Assembly: GCF_004010195.1 (NCBI RefSeq)
Contig: NC_057720.1
Location: forward strand, 34,132,836 to 34,168,110
Source of the DNA: Chiloscyllium plagiosum
Taxonomy: Eukaryota
DNA length: 35,275 nt
Direction of reading: 5' to 3'
Positions within the stretch are counted from its first letter, which is position 1; each line of letters starts with the position of its first letter. The notes below the pieces were generated by a model that was not told the origin of the DNA, ran no database searches, and saw only the letters and a program-made list of their open reading frames with translations. This document shows, one piece after another, positions 10,580 to 23,069 of this stretch. Made by a program: the position numbers and the translations under genes.

Positions 10580-10961
10580 AATGTTACAGATGCTCTAGCC
10601 ACTCCCCCATAGTCACATGCCACTCAAGACAACACCCCCCCGCCCCATCACTCAGTCACATGTTACCCCAGGTATAATGGCAGAATTAGATCATCCTCTG
10701 AAATAATGCTAATGCCCTGATCCTGGGGAATCGTCATGCAGACAGGTTCCTGACTCAACCTTTCCCCAAGACAATGCAGGTGCAACATACTTCTGGCCAG
10801 AAAGCATTTCTGATTGGAAGAGATTGAATTATAGTTTAACTTGACAATAGTAGGGGAGTAATAGCAAATAACTATCCATTGTAATTTACACTTCATTTAG
10901 ACAATTATCGGAATTCTGCATGCTTTTTGTGAGACAGAATGTTGCCTCCACCCACTTCCAG

Positions 10962-12998
10962 AATATAGAACATAGAACAATTCACACAGTACAAGCCCTT
11001 CAGCCCTCATTGTGCTGACCTTTGATCTTACTCTAAGATCAAACTAACCTACATACCCTTCATGTACTATCTTCTATATACCTATTCAAGAGTTGCTTAA
11101 ATGTCCCTAATGTATCTGACTCTACCACCACCGTTGGCAGTGCATTCCACACATTCATCACACTGTGTAAAGAACCTACCTCTAACATCTCCCTGAAACA
11201 TTCGTCCAGTCACCTTAAAATTGTCTCCTTGTGATGACCATTTCTGCTCTGGGAAAAAGTCTCTGGCTTATCCACTCCATCTATGCCTGTCGTCATTTTG
11301 TATACCTCTATCCGCTCTCATCCTTCTTCGCTCCGATGAGAAAAGCCATCCCTACCTCCCTCAACTTGTTTTTATTTTCATAAGACATGTTCTCCAATCC
11401 ACAGCAACCTGGTAAATCTCCTCTGTGCCGTCTCTAAAACTTTCACATCCTTCCTATAACGAGGTGACCAGAACTGAACACAGCATTCCAAATGGGATCT
11501 AACCAGGACTTTACAGAGCTGCAGCATAATCTCATGACTCTTAAACCCAATCCCCTTGCTAATGAAAGCCAACATACCATACGCCACCTTAACAACTATC
11601 CATTTGGGTGACAACTTTAAGGGTCTATGGACAGGGATCTCAAGATCCCTCTGTTCCTCCACACTGCCAAGAATCCTGCCTGAAACCCTGTATCATTCAT
11701 TCAAATTCGACCTTTCAAAATGAATCACTCCATTTGCTGCACTCAGCCCAGCTCTGCATCCTGTCAACGTCCCATTCCAACCTACAACAGCCCTTCACAC
11801 GATCCACTGTTCCACCAACCTTGTTATCGGCAAACTTACTAACCTTTCCACTTCCTCATCCAAGTCGCTTCTAAAAATTGCAAAGACCAGAAGACCCAGA
11901 ACCAATTCCTGCAGAACACCACTGGTCACCAAGCTCCAGCCTGAATACTTTCCATCTACGACCACCGTCTGTCTTCTATGGGCCAGCCAATTCTGTATCC
12001 AGACAGCTAGATTTCCCTATATCCCATGCCTTCTTACTTTCCGACTGAGTCTACCATGGGGAACCTGATTAACTGCCTTGCTAAAAATCTATGTGCATCA
12101 CATCCACTGCTCTACCTTCATCAGTCTATTTTGTCACATCCACAAAGAATTCAACGAGGCTTGTGAGACAAGACCTGCCCTTCTCAAACCATGCTGACTA
12201 TCTCTAATGAAACTATGGTTTTCCAAGTAATCATAAATCCTGTGTCTCAAAATCCTCTCCAATAGTTTGGCCACCATAAACGTAAGATTAATTGGTCTGT
12301 AATTCCCAGGATTATCCCTATTCTCTCTCTTGAACAAGGAAATGACATTTGCCACCCTCCAATCATCTGGCAATATTCCAGTGGACAGTGAGGATGCAAT
12401 GATCATCGCCAACGGTGCGGTAATCTTTTCACTCACTTCCTGTAGTAACCTTCGGTATCTTCTGTCTGGACCAGGGGACTTATCTATCCCTATGTTTCTC
12501 AAAATTTCCAGCACATCTTCCTTCTTAACGTCAACCTGTTTGAGCATCTGTTTCATGCTGTCCTCACAAACATCAAGGTCCCTCTCAGTAGTAAATACTG
12601 AAGCAAAGTATTCATTAAGACCTCCCCTACCTTCTCTGACTCCAGGCATAAGTCCCTCCACTATCCCTGACCAGCCCTACCCTCACTCTGGCCACCTTCT
12701 TGTTCTTCAGGTAAGTGTAGAATGCCTTCAGGTATTTCTTAATCTGACCTGCTAAAACTTTCTCATGCCCCCTCTAGCTTTAAGTCCATTCTTTAGTTCT
12801 TTCCTGCTACCTTGTAACCCTCCAGAGCCCGGTGTGATCTTTGCCTCCTCAACCTTAAGTAAGCTTCCTTCTTCCTCTTGCTGAGATATTCCGCATCCCT
12901 TGTCATGCACGGTTCTTTCAATCTACCAACCCCTCCTTGCCTCAGTGGGACAAACCTGTCCAGCACTATCAGCAAGTCCTCCCTAAACAACCTCCACA
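10962..12998 (-). mobile_element. 5'-truncated CR1 LINE (ORF2 RT and 3'UTR)
   Basis: ORFs 12793..12999, 12134..12661 (LNEYFASVFT..KSPGPD..NPGNYRPINL) and 11378..11662 (HLECCVQFWSP). CR1 tail at ~10965. Confidence 0.92.
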
Positions 12999-12999
12999 A

Positions 13000-13120
13000 T
13001 CAACTGTGCTGCTTTGTCTGGATGATGCTGGTCTTACTGAGAATTGTTGGAGTTGCATTCATCCAAATGAGTGGAAAATATTCCATCACACTCCTGTCTT
13101 ATGTCTTGTACATGGTAATC
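13000..13120 (-). mobile_element. Short CR1/L2-clade LINE remnant
   Basis: Resembles 2350-2460 (tgttggagttgcattcatcc..tattccatcacactcctg). Confidence 0.45.
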
Positions 13121-13327
13121 TCTGACAAATGCACAACTTTCTGCAGCATCTGGCCACTTGCTGTAACTTCACTCAGTGGGGCTAAATATAAATTGTTTTC
13201 TAACACTTAAAAAAGGTGCCTATTAATTTGCTGCTGCTCAATGACATTGTCGACAGGCTGTAGTGTAAGCTGCTGCTGCTTGAGCAGCATTTCAGTGGAG
13301 AGGTAACACTGGCTCAAAGGTATAAGA

Positions 13328-14096
13328 AAGAGGGTGGTGGTGGAGGGTTATTTTTAAGACTGGAGGCCTGTGACCAGTGGAGTGCCACAAGGATCAGTGC
13401 TGGGTCCTCTACTTTTTGTCATTTACATAAATGATTTGGATGCGAGCATAAGAGGTACAGTTAGTAAGTTTGCAGATGACACCAAAATTGGAGGTGTAGT
13501 GGACAGCGAAGAGGGTTACCTCAGATCTTGACCAGATGGAGATTATTTCAGATAAATGTGAGGTGCTGCATTTTGGGAAAGCAAATCTTAGTAGGACTTA
13601 TGCACTTAATGGTAAGGTCCGAGGGAGTGTTGCTGAACAAAGAGACCTTGGAGCGCAGATTCATAGCTCCTTGAAAGTGGAGTCGCAGGTAGATAGGATA
13701 GTGAAGAAGGCGTTTGGAATGNGGTGACCTTATAGAGGTTTACAAAATTGAGAGGCATGGATAGGGTAAATAGGCAAAGTCTTTTCCCTGGGGTCAGGGA
13801 GTTCAAAACTAGAGGGCATCGGTTTAGGGTAAGAGGAAAGATATAAAAGAGACCTAAGGGGCAACTTTTTCACACAGGGTGGTACGAGTATGTAATGAGC
13901 TGCCAGAGGAAGTGGTGGAGGTTGGTACAATTGCAACATTTAAGAGGCATTTGGATAGGTATATGAATAGGATGGGTTTGGAGGGATATGGGCCGTGTGC
14001 TGGCAGGTGGGACTAGATTGGGTTGGGATATCTAATCGGCATGGACAGGTTGGACCGAAGGGTCTGTTTCCATGCTGTACATCTGACTCTGACTGT
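13328..14096 (+). mobile_element. CR1 LINE 3' fragment with internal deletion (n at 13722)
   Basis: [19 protein letters not shown] motifs and a CR1 3'UTR ending catctgactctgact. Confidence 0.9.
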
Positions 14097-14099
14097 AAC

Positions 14100-15012
14100 T
14101 CCTGATGAACCTAACCCAACAGTTACCTCATCAGAGGTCAGATCAGTTTTCCTTTGTGTGAATCCAAGGAAAGCGATGGGACCAGATGGAGTACCAGGCC
14201 ATGCAATCTGAGCATGTGCAGATCAACTGGCACATGTCTTCTCGGACATCTTCAACTTCTCCCTGCAGCAGCCCACTGTCCCTGCCTGTTTCAAGAGGGC
14301 CAAATCATCCCTATGCCTAAGAAGATTCATGTAACATATCTCAATGATTACTGCCCAGTGGCCCTAACTTTGGTGGTCATGAAGTGCTTTGAAAGACTGG
14401 TCATGGCATTAATCATTCCTGATGAAGGGCTTTTTCCCGAAACGTTAATTTTCCTGCTCCGCGGATGCTGCCTGACCTGCTGTGCTTTTCCAGTACGACT
14501 CTAATCTAGACTCTGATCGCCAGCAGCTGCAGTCCTCAATTTTGCCTATGGCATTAATCAACTCCAGCCTCCCCACTACTCTTGACCCATTCCAATTTGC
14601 CTGTCGGACCAACAGATCCATGTCAGATGCCATATCACTTGCCCTTCACTCCTCCCTAGAACATCTTGAAACCAAGAACAGATACGTAAGAATCCTACTC
14701 ATTGACTACAGTTCAGCCTTCAACACTATTATCTCCTTGAGACTGATCACTAAACTTAGTGATCTCTGACTAAGCCCCACTCTCTGCAACTGGATCCTCA
14801 GTTTCCTCACCCAGGGCCACAATCAGTGAAGATTGGGGACAATATTTCATTGTCACGAACACTCATCACTGGAGCCCCCCCACCCCCCAAAGGGTGCATA
14901 ATCAGCCCCTTACTGAACTCATTGTATACCCATGACCATGTCGCCAAATACCAGACTAATGCAATTTACAAGTATGCTGACGACACCACCATAGTTGGTC
15001 GAATCTCAGATG
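14100..15012 (+). mobile_element. Rex1/Babar-type LINE RT fragment, split by a Penelope-derived insert
   Basis: VNPRKAMGPDGVPG..LNDYCPVALT..MKCFERLV..LDPFQFA..YVRILLIDYSSAFNTI..KYADDTTIVGRIS. Confidence 0.85.
14416..14547 (+). mobile_element. Penelope-derived short insert with hammerhead core
   Basis: CTGATGA-agggc-tttttccc-GAAA-cgtt at 14419-14446. 13-bp TSD atggcattaatca at 14403-14415 and 14548-14560. Confidence 0.8.
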
Positions 15013-15445
15013 GGACTGGAGGGTTTGAGTTACAGGGAGAGGCTGAATAAGCTGGGGCCGTTTTCCCTGGAGCGTTGGAAGCTAAGGGATGACCTATAGA
15101 GGTTTATAAAATCATGAGGCATAGATAAGATGAATAGCAAAGGTCTTTTTCCTCAGATGGGGCAGTTCAAAACTAGGGAACATTTTTAAGGTGAGGAGAG
15201 AAAGATATAAAAAGGGACGTGAGGGGCAATTTCTTTTTACACAGGATGGTTTGTATGTGAAATAAACTGCCAGAAGTAGTTGTGGATGCAAATACAGTTA
15301 CAACATTCAAAGGACATTTGGACTCTCAAGTAAGCTTGAGGGGGATATGGGCCAAATTCAGGCAATTGGGACTAGTTTAGTTTGGGAAACTTCATCAATT
15401 GGACCAAAGGGACTACTTCTGTGCTGTATGACTGATTCTATGAAT
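15013..15445 (+). mobile_element. CR1 LINE 3' fragment
   Basis: GLSYRERLNKLG.FSLE.. coding remnant and a CR1 3'UTR. Confidence 0.85.
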
Positions 15446-15609
15446 CCTCTCTCAGTCCTCATTATCATGATTCTACTCCTGCTGTCGCAACTCTTGATTC
15501 CCCTGCTCCTCCTTTTGCAATTCTTGGTAACTGCCCACTCTGCTGTTGCACATTCTCTTTACCTCCTTGCAATCACCCCTGCTCCAGCTCTCTCAATTTT
15601 GTGCATATA

Positions 15610-15657
15610 CCCCCCCCCTCTCTCACACGCACGCACGCGCACGCACGCACACACACT
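15610..15657. repeat. Poly-C + (CT)n + (CACG/CA)n microsatellite
   Basis: ccccccccctctctcacacgcacgcacgcgcacgcacgcacacacac. Confidence 0.9.
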
Positions 15658-16919
15658 TTAACTTGCTATAATCCCTCTGTCCCAAGCCTGTTGTCATTGC
15701 ACCTCTCCTTTATATGTGGCACCTGTGTACACAGTATACCTGGATGCCTCCCAGAGGCTTTCGAACTCTTGTGCAAAAGATAGTCATTTCCACCATCTGT
15801 AAATTGGCAGGTAGCATTGATGGAGATCGAGGTAGAGGAAGGGAAGAGGTGGAATCAACATACTGGTGGCAAAGCTGCTGAGAAATGGAGACGTCAATAT
15901 AGACTTGATCTATTTAAACTGCAACAGGGAAACTCACTTGTTGCAAGCAAGACCTATCATTGAGCAATGTAGGTGATTTATTCATGCTGGGTGCCTAAAC
16001 TAGTGTATCCTACTTATCGCATTATAGTTCCTCCCCAATGGCCAGTTTTAAAAAATAAATGTGGCCAGGATAAATAAAGCAGTCTTAAAACAAAAGTCAC
16101 AGGGAAGGCACACCAGTTCTGCAATCATAAAAGGGTTTTATTGTAGCGACACTTAATTGTTGATTATATTTGCATCTTTATACACTCATGCTACATTGTG
16201 GATGTTGTAACTATGAACTAAATATGTCCCTATACAAAAGGAAGAGGTATCAATTGTGTATTATCTGGACTACATTACTCTTCAGAATATGTCTTTTTTT
16301 TTTGGAAGCCTAATTTAAGTAATGTTGACTGGAATATAGAGAGGCCACTGTGGATATTAAAACTAAACCGCTTTCTTCATGTGTTCCTTTCCAGAAAAAA
16401 AATGCTGCTTCACCAGAACTGGGTTAACAATTTGAATTGCCTTTCACATAAACAGAAAATGTCTAACCTCTACGCCCTTCATTTCCCTGTCCCTTTATGC
16501 TTACCTCAATAGTTCACTTGACATGGCTACTGAAGCATTTCCATTTGACACAATTTAAAACTGTAAAACAAAGCTCATATTGATGGATCTGCAAGCTGTG
16601 AGATTGACTGACTGCAGTTTAGAATGTAGACACAGCATCATTATTTCTCGATTAGTTGTATCTACAGCACAAATAATTCCATTCAGCAAAATAACTAGGA
16701 TACCAATAAGTAGTAAGTGACTTTGCTAATATTTACTTCAATATTTGAATATTAATCTATCATTTGGGCTATAAGTAGTTCTGCATATACAAAAACACAG
16801 AATACTGCATATGGGATGTGTTTCCAGTAGGAAACTGAACTTTTGGTCAAGATATTGATAAAGCACTCGACCTTCCTTGGGCGTTGCCTTATTTCCTTGT
16901 AGATACACTTCAACTATTT

Positions 16920-17145
16920 GAGGGTCAGTTAGTTTAGTTAGCTGGCCAGCTGATTTGTGATGCAGAGCAATGCCAATGGCATTGGGTTCAATTCCTGCAA
17001 CAACTGACGTTACCATGAATGAGTCTCTCTCTTTCTCAACCTCTCCCCTTGTCTGTGGTCTGGTAACCCTTGGGTTAAACCACCATCAGTCACCTCCTAA
17101 GGAGAGAGCAGCCCTATAGTGTGGTAAGGCTATGTCAGCTTTACA
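16920..17145 (+). mobile_element. tRNA-derived SINE (degenerate)
   Basis: A-box-like ttagtttagttagctgg and B-box-like gggttcaattcc, with a ~220-bp body. Confidence 0.55.
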
Positions 17146-17220
17146 GATATATGAAGTGTAAAAGGAGAGTAGATGTTGACTTAATGTGAAAAGAGAGTGA
17201 ATTGGCAGCCTATTTTATAT

Positions 17221-18830
17221 ATAGAAATATAGGAACATAAAAAATATGAGCAGGAGTGGGCCATTTAACCCCTCTAGCCTGCTGTCTCATTCAATATGAT
17301 TATGGCTGATCATTAAGCTTGATATCCTAATCTCGCCATTTCCCCATATCCCTTGATCCCTTTAGCAATAACAACAATATCTGCCTCCTACTTTAATTCA
17401 TTACCACTGAAAATGGTTGAGGCCAAAAGATTGTGTTTTCATCTCAACCACTTAGTGATAGTGAATTCCACAGGTTCACCACTGTCTGAAAGAAGAAATG
17501 TCTCCTCATCTCTGTTATGAGTCCTAGAGTCATACAGCATGGAAACAGACCCTTTGATCCAACTCGTCTGTACTGACCAGCCATCCCACTCTGACCTAGT
17601 CCCATTTGCCAGCATTTGGCTCATATCCCTCTAAACCCACCCTGATGCCTTCTAAATGTTGAATTGTATCTGTGTCCTCCATTTCCTCTGGCAGTTTGTT
17701 CCATACACACACCATGATCTATGTGAAAAAGTTATTCCTCAGCGTCTTTTTAAAATCTTTCCACTCCACATTAAACCTATGCTGTCTAGTCTTGAATACC
17801 CTCCCCACCCAGGGAAACAGACCTTGGCTTTTCACCCTATCCATGCGCCTCGTGATTTAAAAACCTTTATAAGGTCACCTCTCGGCCTCTGATGCTCCAG
17901 GGGTAAAAAATAGCCCCAGCCTATTCCGCCCCTCCCTCCAATCCTGGCAACATTCTTCTTGAAAGGGTGCAGAAAAGATTTGCAAGTTTTACCAACTTCC
18001 TCCCTGTAAAAGGGCAACCACAATTCTAAAGGTGACCTCACAATGTCTTGTATCGTCGCAACATGATGTTCTAGTGCACTGACCAATTAAGGCAAGCCCG
18101 AAAAGATATTTGCCCCTTATCCATAGTTTCTGGTTCTGGACTGACTCACTATTGGGAAAACATTCCTGCATTTAACTTGTCCAGTCCTGTTAGAATTTTA
18201 TACATTTCTGTGGGATTCCCCTCTTCTAAACTTCAGTGAGCACCATCCTAACCGACTCAGTCTGTTTTCATATGTCAGTCCTCCCATTCAGGAAACAATT
18301 TGGTCAACCTTTGTTGCACTCCCTCTATAGCAAGAACATCCTTTCTCCGATAAGGAGACCAAAACCCTGCATAATATTCTAGATATGACCTCACCAATGC
18401 CTGTATAATTGCAATAAGATGTGCTTGTTTGTGTACAGGCCAATGTATAAATTGCTGCCTTTACTGCCTGCGATACCTGCATGCTTTCTTTCAGCAACTG
18501 GTGCATGAGTATACCCAGGTCTTGTTGAGCATTCCCATCGCTCAGTTTACAGCCATTCAAGCAATAATCTGCTTTCTTATTTTTGTTACCAAAGTTTATC
18601 CACTTACCAATATTTATCCACTTAGACTATATCTACCACCTCACTCAACCTGTAGCTGTCACACCGAAGTATCTCTCACTCCTCACAGCTCACATCTCCA
18701 CACAATTTTGTGTTATTTGCAGATTTTGAGATATGATTTAGATGAGGGAACTAAATGTAATGAACATATGGTGAATTCTAGTTCTGATCCGTGTGGTACC
18801 CCAATAGTTACTGCTTGCCATTCAGAAAAT
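17221..18830 (-). mobile_element. Old CR1-type LINE 3' part with a nested CR1 3' end (~17518-18098, -)
   Basis: Tail taggaacataa..gcaggagtgggccatt at ~17230. A second tail, agagtcatacagcatggaaacagaccc, at ~17527. ORF 18288..18560 is RT C-terminal (QQDLGILMHQLLK). Confidence 0.8.
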
Positions 18831-18875
18831 GGTAATAAAGCATTGGCAGTCATGTAACAATTACATGTTTTACAC

Positions 18876-19006
18876 TAATGAGGAGAAAGTGAGGATTCTA
18901 GATGCTGGCGATCAGAATCGAGAATATGGTGCTGGAAAAGTACAGCTGGTCAGGTAGCATCCGAAGAGCAGGCAAATCGACATTTCGGACATAAGCCCTT
19001 CATCAG
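18876..19006 (-). mobile_element. Penelope-derived short insert with hammerhead core
   Basis: Minus strand CTGATGA-agggc-ttat-gtcc-GAAA-tgtc at 18979-19006. Flanking repeat gttttacac at 18867-18875 and 19006-19014. Same family as 14416-14547 and 24661-24845. Confidence 0.75.
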
Positions 19007-19676
19007 TTTTACACATGCACAGTCCAGCATTAACTTTGTGATTCCTACATTAATTCTTGTATATCTGGTTTCCATCTTCTAACAGTTGTTTTCCATCTTG
19101 CCTGAATACGTTTTACCTCAGGTGTTTCCTAGTACTGGATCCTTAGCCTCGACCGCTAAGCCTCTACCCGCTGAAGATATGTTGCTAGCTGGTATATATG
19201 TTGATGGGGCTCAGTTTTATTTTGCCTCCTCCATTGCCTGGCTACTTTTTTTTACAATCAGTATTGGATGAGCTGTAGTTTTAAGAATTTAAATGTTGGA
19301 CTTTAGTTCATCCAAGACTATACTTTTCCATTCTATCTCACACTAAATTATACTCATCAGTCAGTCCTTTCCTACATTTATTTTCAACCTCATCAGTTTA
19401 CAGTGCTTGTCTACCTGTTTAAATCTTTTCAGGGACTTGTTTTTCCCCTACCTTTGCAACTGCATCCAACTGTTCATAATGTCTCAATTTATTTTTCTGA
19501 CTTCGGCTTCTTGTGGATTCTTTCTATCTTTTGCCCTACCATTAACGACTGTATACTGATGTTTGGCACGCATGCTGTTAAATTCTCATCCAATGCTCCT
19601 CCTTATCTTTTAAAATTCCCCTTAAAAACTTACTACTTTCACCAAGAATTCCTCACTTTCTAATATCTTCTGTTCT

Positions 19677-21118
19677 TAGTGAGTCTCAGACCCATAGTCT
19701 CGCTACTTGGAACACCAACATACAGATTACGCTACACCAAAGACTAAAATACTTAGTAGAAGACTCACGCCATTCCATCCACTCCACCCAAGAATTCCTG
19801 AAGGCCATCAAAGATACTAAGATAGAAGAGGATGACAAAATGGTCTCCCTGTTTACATCAATCACCATTAACCTGGCCAAGGAAACACTGACTACACTAT
19901 TAGAGACCCAAAGACACATACACCAAACACTACTAACTTCATCAGCAAGGATAGTATCATCAAGCTATTGGACTTATGCCTTACCACACACTTTACCTTC
20001 AACAACACAACCTACAGACAAACCAACGGAACACCCATGGGATCTCCAATATCAGGGTTCTTAGCAGAGGCAGTAATGCAAAGACTCGAACAAACAGCTC
20101 TGCTAACCATTCAACCCAAGCTTTGGGTCGCTACGTGGATGACACCTTCCAAGACCACCAATAATACCCTTATTGGCATAAAATGCACAAAAGAGTAGGA
20201 AAACAACAACAAACTGCCATTCCTAGATGTCACAGTAGAGCTAACAGCCAATGGGCAACTTCAAACCAGCACCTACAGGAAAACAACACACACTGACCAA
20301 ATATTGAAGTACAGAAGCAATCATCCCAACATCCACAAATGAAACCGCATCAGAACATTATTTCAACGAGCCAACATGTACTGCAGCATAGAGGAACTAG
20401 CAGAGCAGAGGGAAATCACCTATACTGTGTATTCAAAAAGCATGGGTACCCAATGAACAGAATCCGCTGATTTCTCAGGAACAAACCCAACAGGCAGACA
20501 AACACGTCCAGAAACCCTAGCCACTTACCTCTACATCAAAGACATCTCGGAAATGACTGCCAGACTACTCAATCCCTTGGCATCATGGTAACCCACAAAC
20601 CCACCAACACACTAAAACAGCAGCTAATGAACTTGAAAGACCCTATACAGACAACAAGCAAAACTAATGTCATTTACAAAATACCGTGCAAGGACTGTAA
20701 CAATCACCACATTGGACAAACAGGCAGAAAACTAGCCACCATGATACATGAGCACCAACTAGTCACAAAACAACATGATCCTCTCTCTCTATCCTTACAT
20801 ACAGATGAGGACACCACTTCAACTGGGACCACACATCCATCTTGGGACAAGGCAAACAGAGACACGCACGAGAATTCCTAGAATCAGGGCATTCCAACCT
20901 GAACTCTATCAACAAACACATCGAGTTAGACCCCATCCACCACCACCTGAGAAAAAGAACATGAAATGACATCACCAACCCAAATGAACGCAAACATATA
21001 AATAGAAAGCAGGAATCATGTACACTGCTTTGCCTGAGGCCCACTGAAGATGTTACCAGTAGGGTGACAAAATGTCTGGAAATGAACCTCCCAGCTTAGC
21101 GAGCAAACCTACATCCAG
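19677..21118 (+). mobile_element. Penelope-like element (RT + GIY-YIG endonuclease), 5'-truncated and frameshifted
   Basis: SLFTSI, GTPMGSPIS, YVDD (20132-20143), LPFLDV and GIY-YIG-like NVIYKIPCKDCNNHHIGQTGR..IHEH. 12-bp TSD atcttctgttct at 19665-19676 and 21119-21130. Confidence 0.92.
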
Positions 21119-21247
21119 ATCTTCTGTTCTGATTATGACTCTGTGGAGGTTCTTGGGATATTTCTATGTTAAAGGCACTCTAAGTGCACATTTTCATACC
21201 ATTAATAAACATTTATACACAGGTCATAATGTAAAAAGAAAATACAC

Positions 21248-21405
21248 TTCAAGAACTGCAGATGCTGGTGATATGAACAAAAACAGAAATTACTGGTGAA
21301 ACTCAAAAATGATAGTCACCAGACTTGAAATGTTAACTTTTCTTTCTTCCCACCGACACTGCCAGGAGAACTGAGTTTTCCCAGCAATGTTTGTTTTTGT
21401 TTTTT
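21248..21405. mobile_element. Degenerate Penelope-derived inverted insert
   Basis: aagaactgcagatgctgg..aaaaacagaaattactgg..aactca and its partial inverse, tgagttttcccagcaatgtttgtttttg. Confidence 0.45.
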
Positions 21406-22559
21406 TAAAAAAATGAAATGATAAACAAATAGAGAATTACATGAAAGACTAAGAAAAGTAGTTTTTAGTTTAAGTGTTTTAAGACGTTTGAAGCAATGGT
21501 GGATAAATGGTGATCTCATTGAATATGGAACAAGTTTGAGGGATGAATGGCCCATTCCTGTTCTTAAATTTGCTACTTTAAATTACAAGCCTTAACATGT
21601 TTGATATACACTTAATGCTGAACAGCAGGTGCAAACGGTAGGATTTTTCTTAAATGCATTTTTGCTCAGTGTCATAAAGTAAAGACAGTTCTCAAAAAAG
21701 TAGAGTATAGTATGGTGACTGAAAGTTTCATTATGTCTTTGAGCATTAAAAGTGTAATTGGAAACTGGGAGCTATATTCTTGATGTATCAGGAATGCTAT
21801 GATCATCTATAAAACTTGAGTAAGGATCCTTCTGTGGAATGGCTTTTTCCAATTGCTTTTCTATTCCCGTTGGATGTTTTATTGAATTTCTCTTTCTGGA
21901 ATTTCACTTGAAGCTAATAGAGACTTTTACCATTCAGATCTTTTTAATGTTGTCCTTTTGTTTGGAATGGATTTGAATTGAAGTTCAAAAAATGAAGTTT
22001 CCTCCAAATGTATTTTAGTTTAAATCCTAAGCAAAGTACTTTTTCACATTGTGGTAGTGTGTTCAATTTGGAAAGATTGTAGATCTATTTATAAACATGC
22101 TGTGACCACATTAGTAAATGTTGGATCATTGGGGACATAATTGCCCGCAAATAACTAACTAGATATTGAATTAAGGCGTTTGTATGAGATTAATGTATTT
22201 TCCCCAAAACAGCTTTACAGGGGAGGGCTGAAGGAGAGCATGGAGTTGGATGAGAAGCTGTGTAGAGGCTGGAATAAAGTTGAGAAGTGGGCAAAATGAA
22301 GGGAAGAGGTGAGGAGGCAGTGATGAGAGAGTAAGGGCAGGAGAGGATTTTCTGTCTCTTCCTCACCCCCATCACAAAAAGCGTTTGACTATTTAAGACC
22401 TTTTGTAAGTTATGTTCCTTATGGATTAATTTACAATCTAATTTGTTCTGAGCTTTCCTGAAGTTATCTAATTTTACATTTTACTTGTTGATCTGTACTG
22501 TATTGTTTTCTTTTTACACTGAGTTGTTTTGTTTGCATTCATAAGAGAACCTTGGCTTT

Positions 22560-22830
22560 TATCTGTGTGAGAGAGAGAGAGAGAGACAGACACTTCTACA
22601 TTCAGCTTCATGACCCCAACAACTGCAGGAAAGCTGAAACTAAAAAATCCTGGTTCTGTGGGAGCCTGACCAGGCTGCTTCTATTGTTCCAACTTGTTTT
22701 TTAAAAAAACCCAAAGCCACGTAATCTATTTACTTTATTAGCTTTGAGCCGACAGCTCAGTATCTCGGTCTCAACCTTTCTTCACAAAAAAAAGGACAAA
22801 ATACACTTAAAGCCATGGTATCATCTCACA
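22560..22830 (-). mobile_element. Possible LTR-like fragment
   Basis: Reverse complement starts TGTGAGATGATACCATGGCTTTAAGTGTATTTTGTCC, similar to TGTGACAATACTGTGCCTTTAAAAGATGTATTCTATCC at ~25739. The far boundary is unclear. Confidence 0.3.
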
Positions 22831-23069
22831 GATCTGGAGCTCCATTGGGACGGATGTAACTAACATTAAAATATCTTCAATTCTAATGGTGGCCTGAAGT
22901 TTGTCACTTAATAGTGTATTATCAGTTAGATCTGTCCGATTGTCTACAGCAATACTGCTAGAGAGCTATGTGAGATCATATCTAACAAATAGCTGAAAAC
23001 GCACGTAAACATCTGTGCTGTTGCTAATCTCTTACCATATGAAACTTTTTGAAACTGATATAACTGATA

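Noticed and set aside
10592..10960. 5' LTR or primer-binding site of the ERV
   Set aside because: It has a GC box and two gtcacatg motifs, but I see no recognisable tRNA-complementary PBS, no TG..CA bounded unit and no second copy in the window.
15347..15661. Hydrophobic 104-aa ORF as a membrane protein
   Set aside because: It starts in a CR1 tail and runs through pyrimidine-rich low-complexity sequence and a microsatellite.
19086..19271. Possible exon after ctaacag
   Set aside because: No recognisable homology and no convincing donor site.
22905..22945. U2 snRNA-like ttatcagtt
   Set aside because: The match is only ~9 nt and does not extend.
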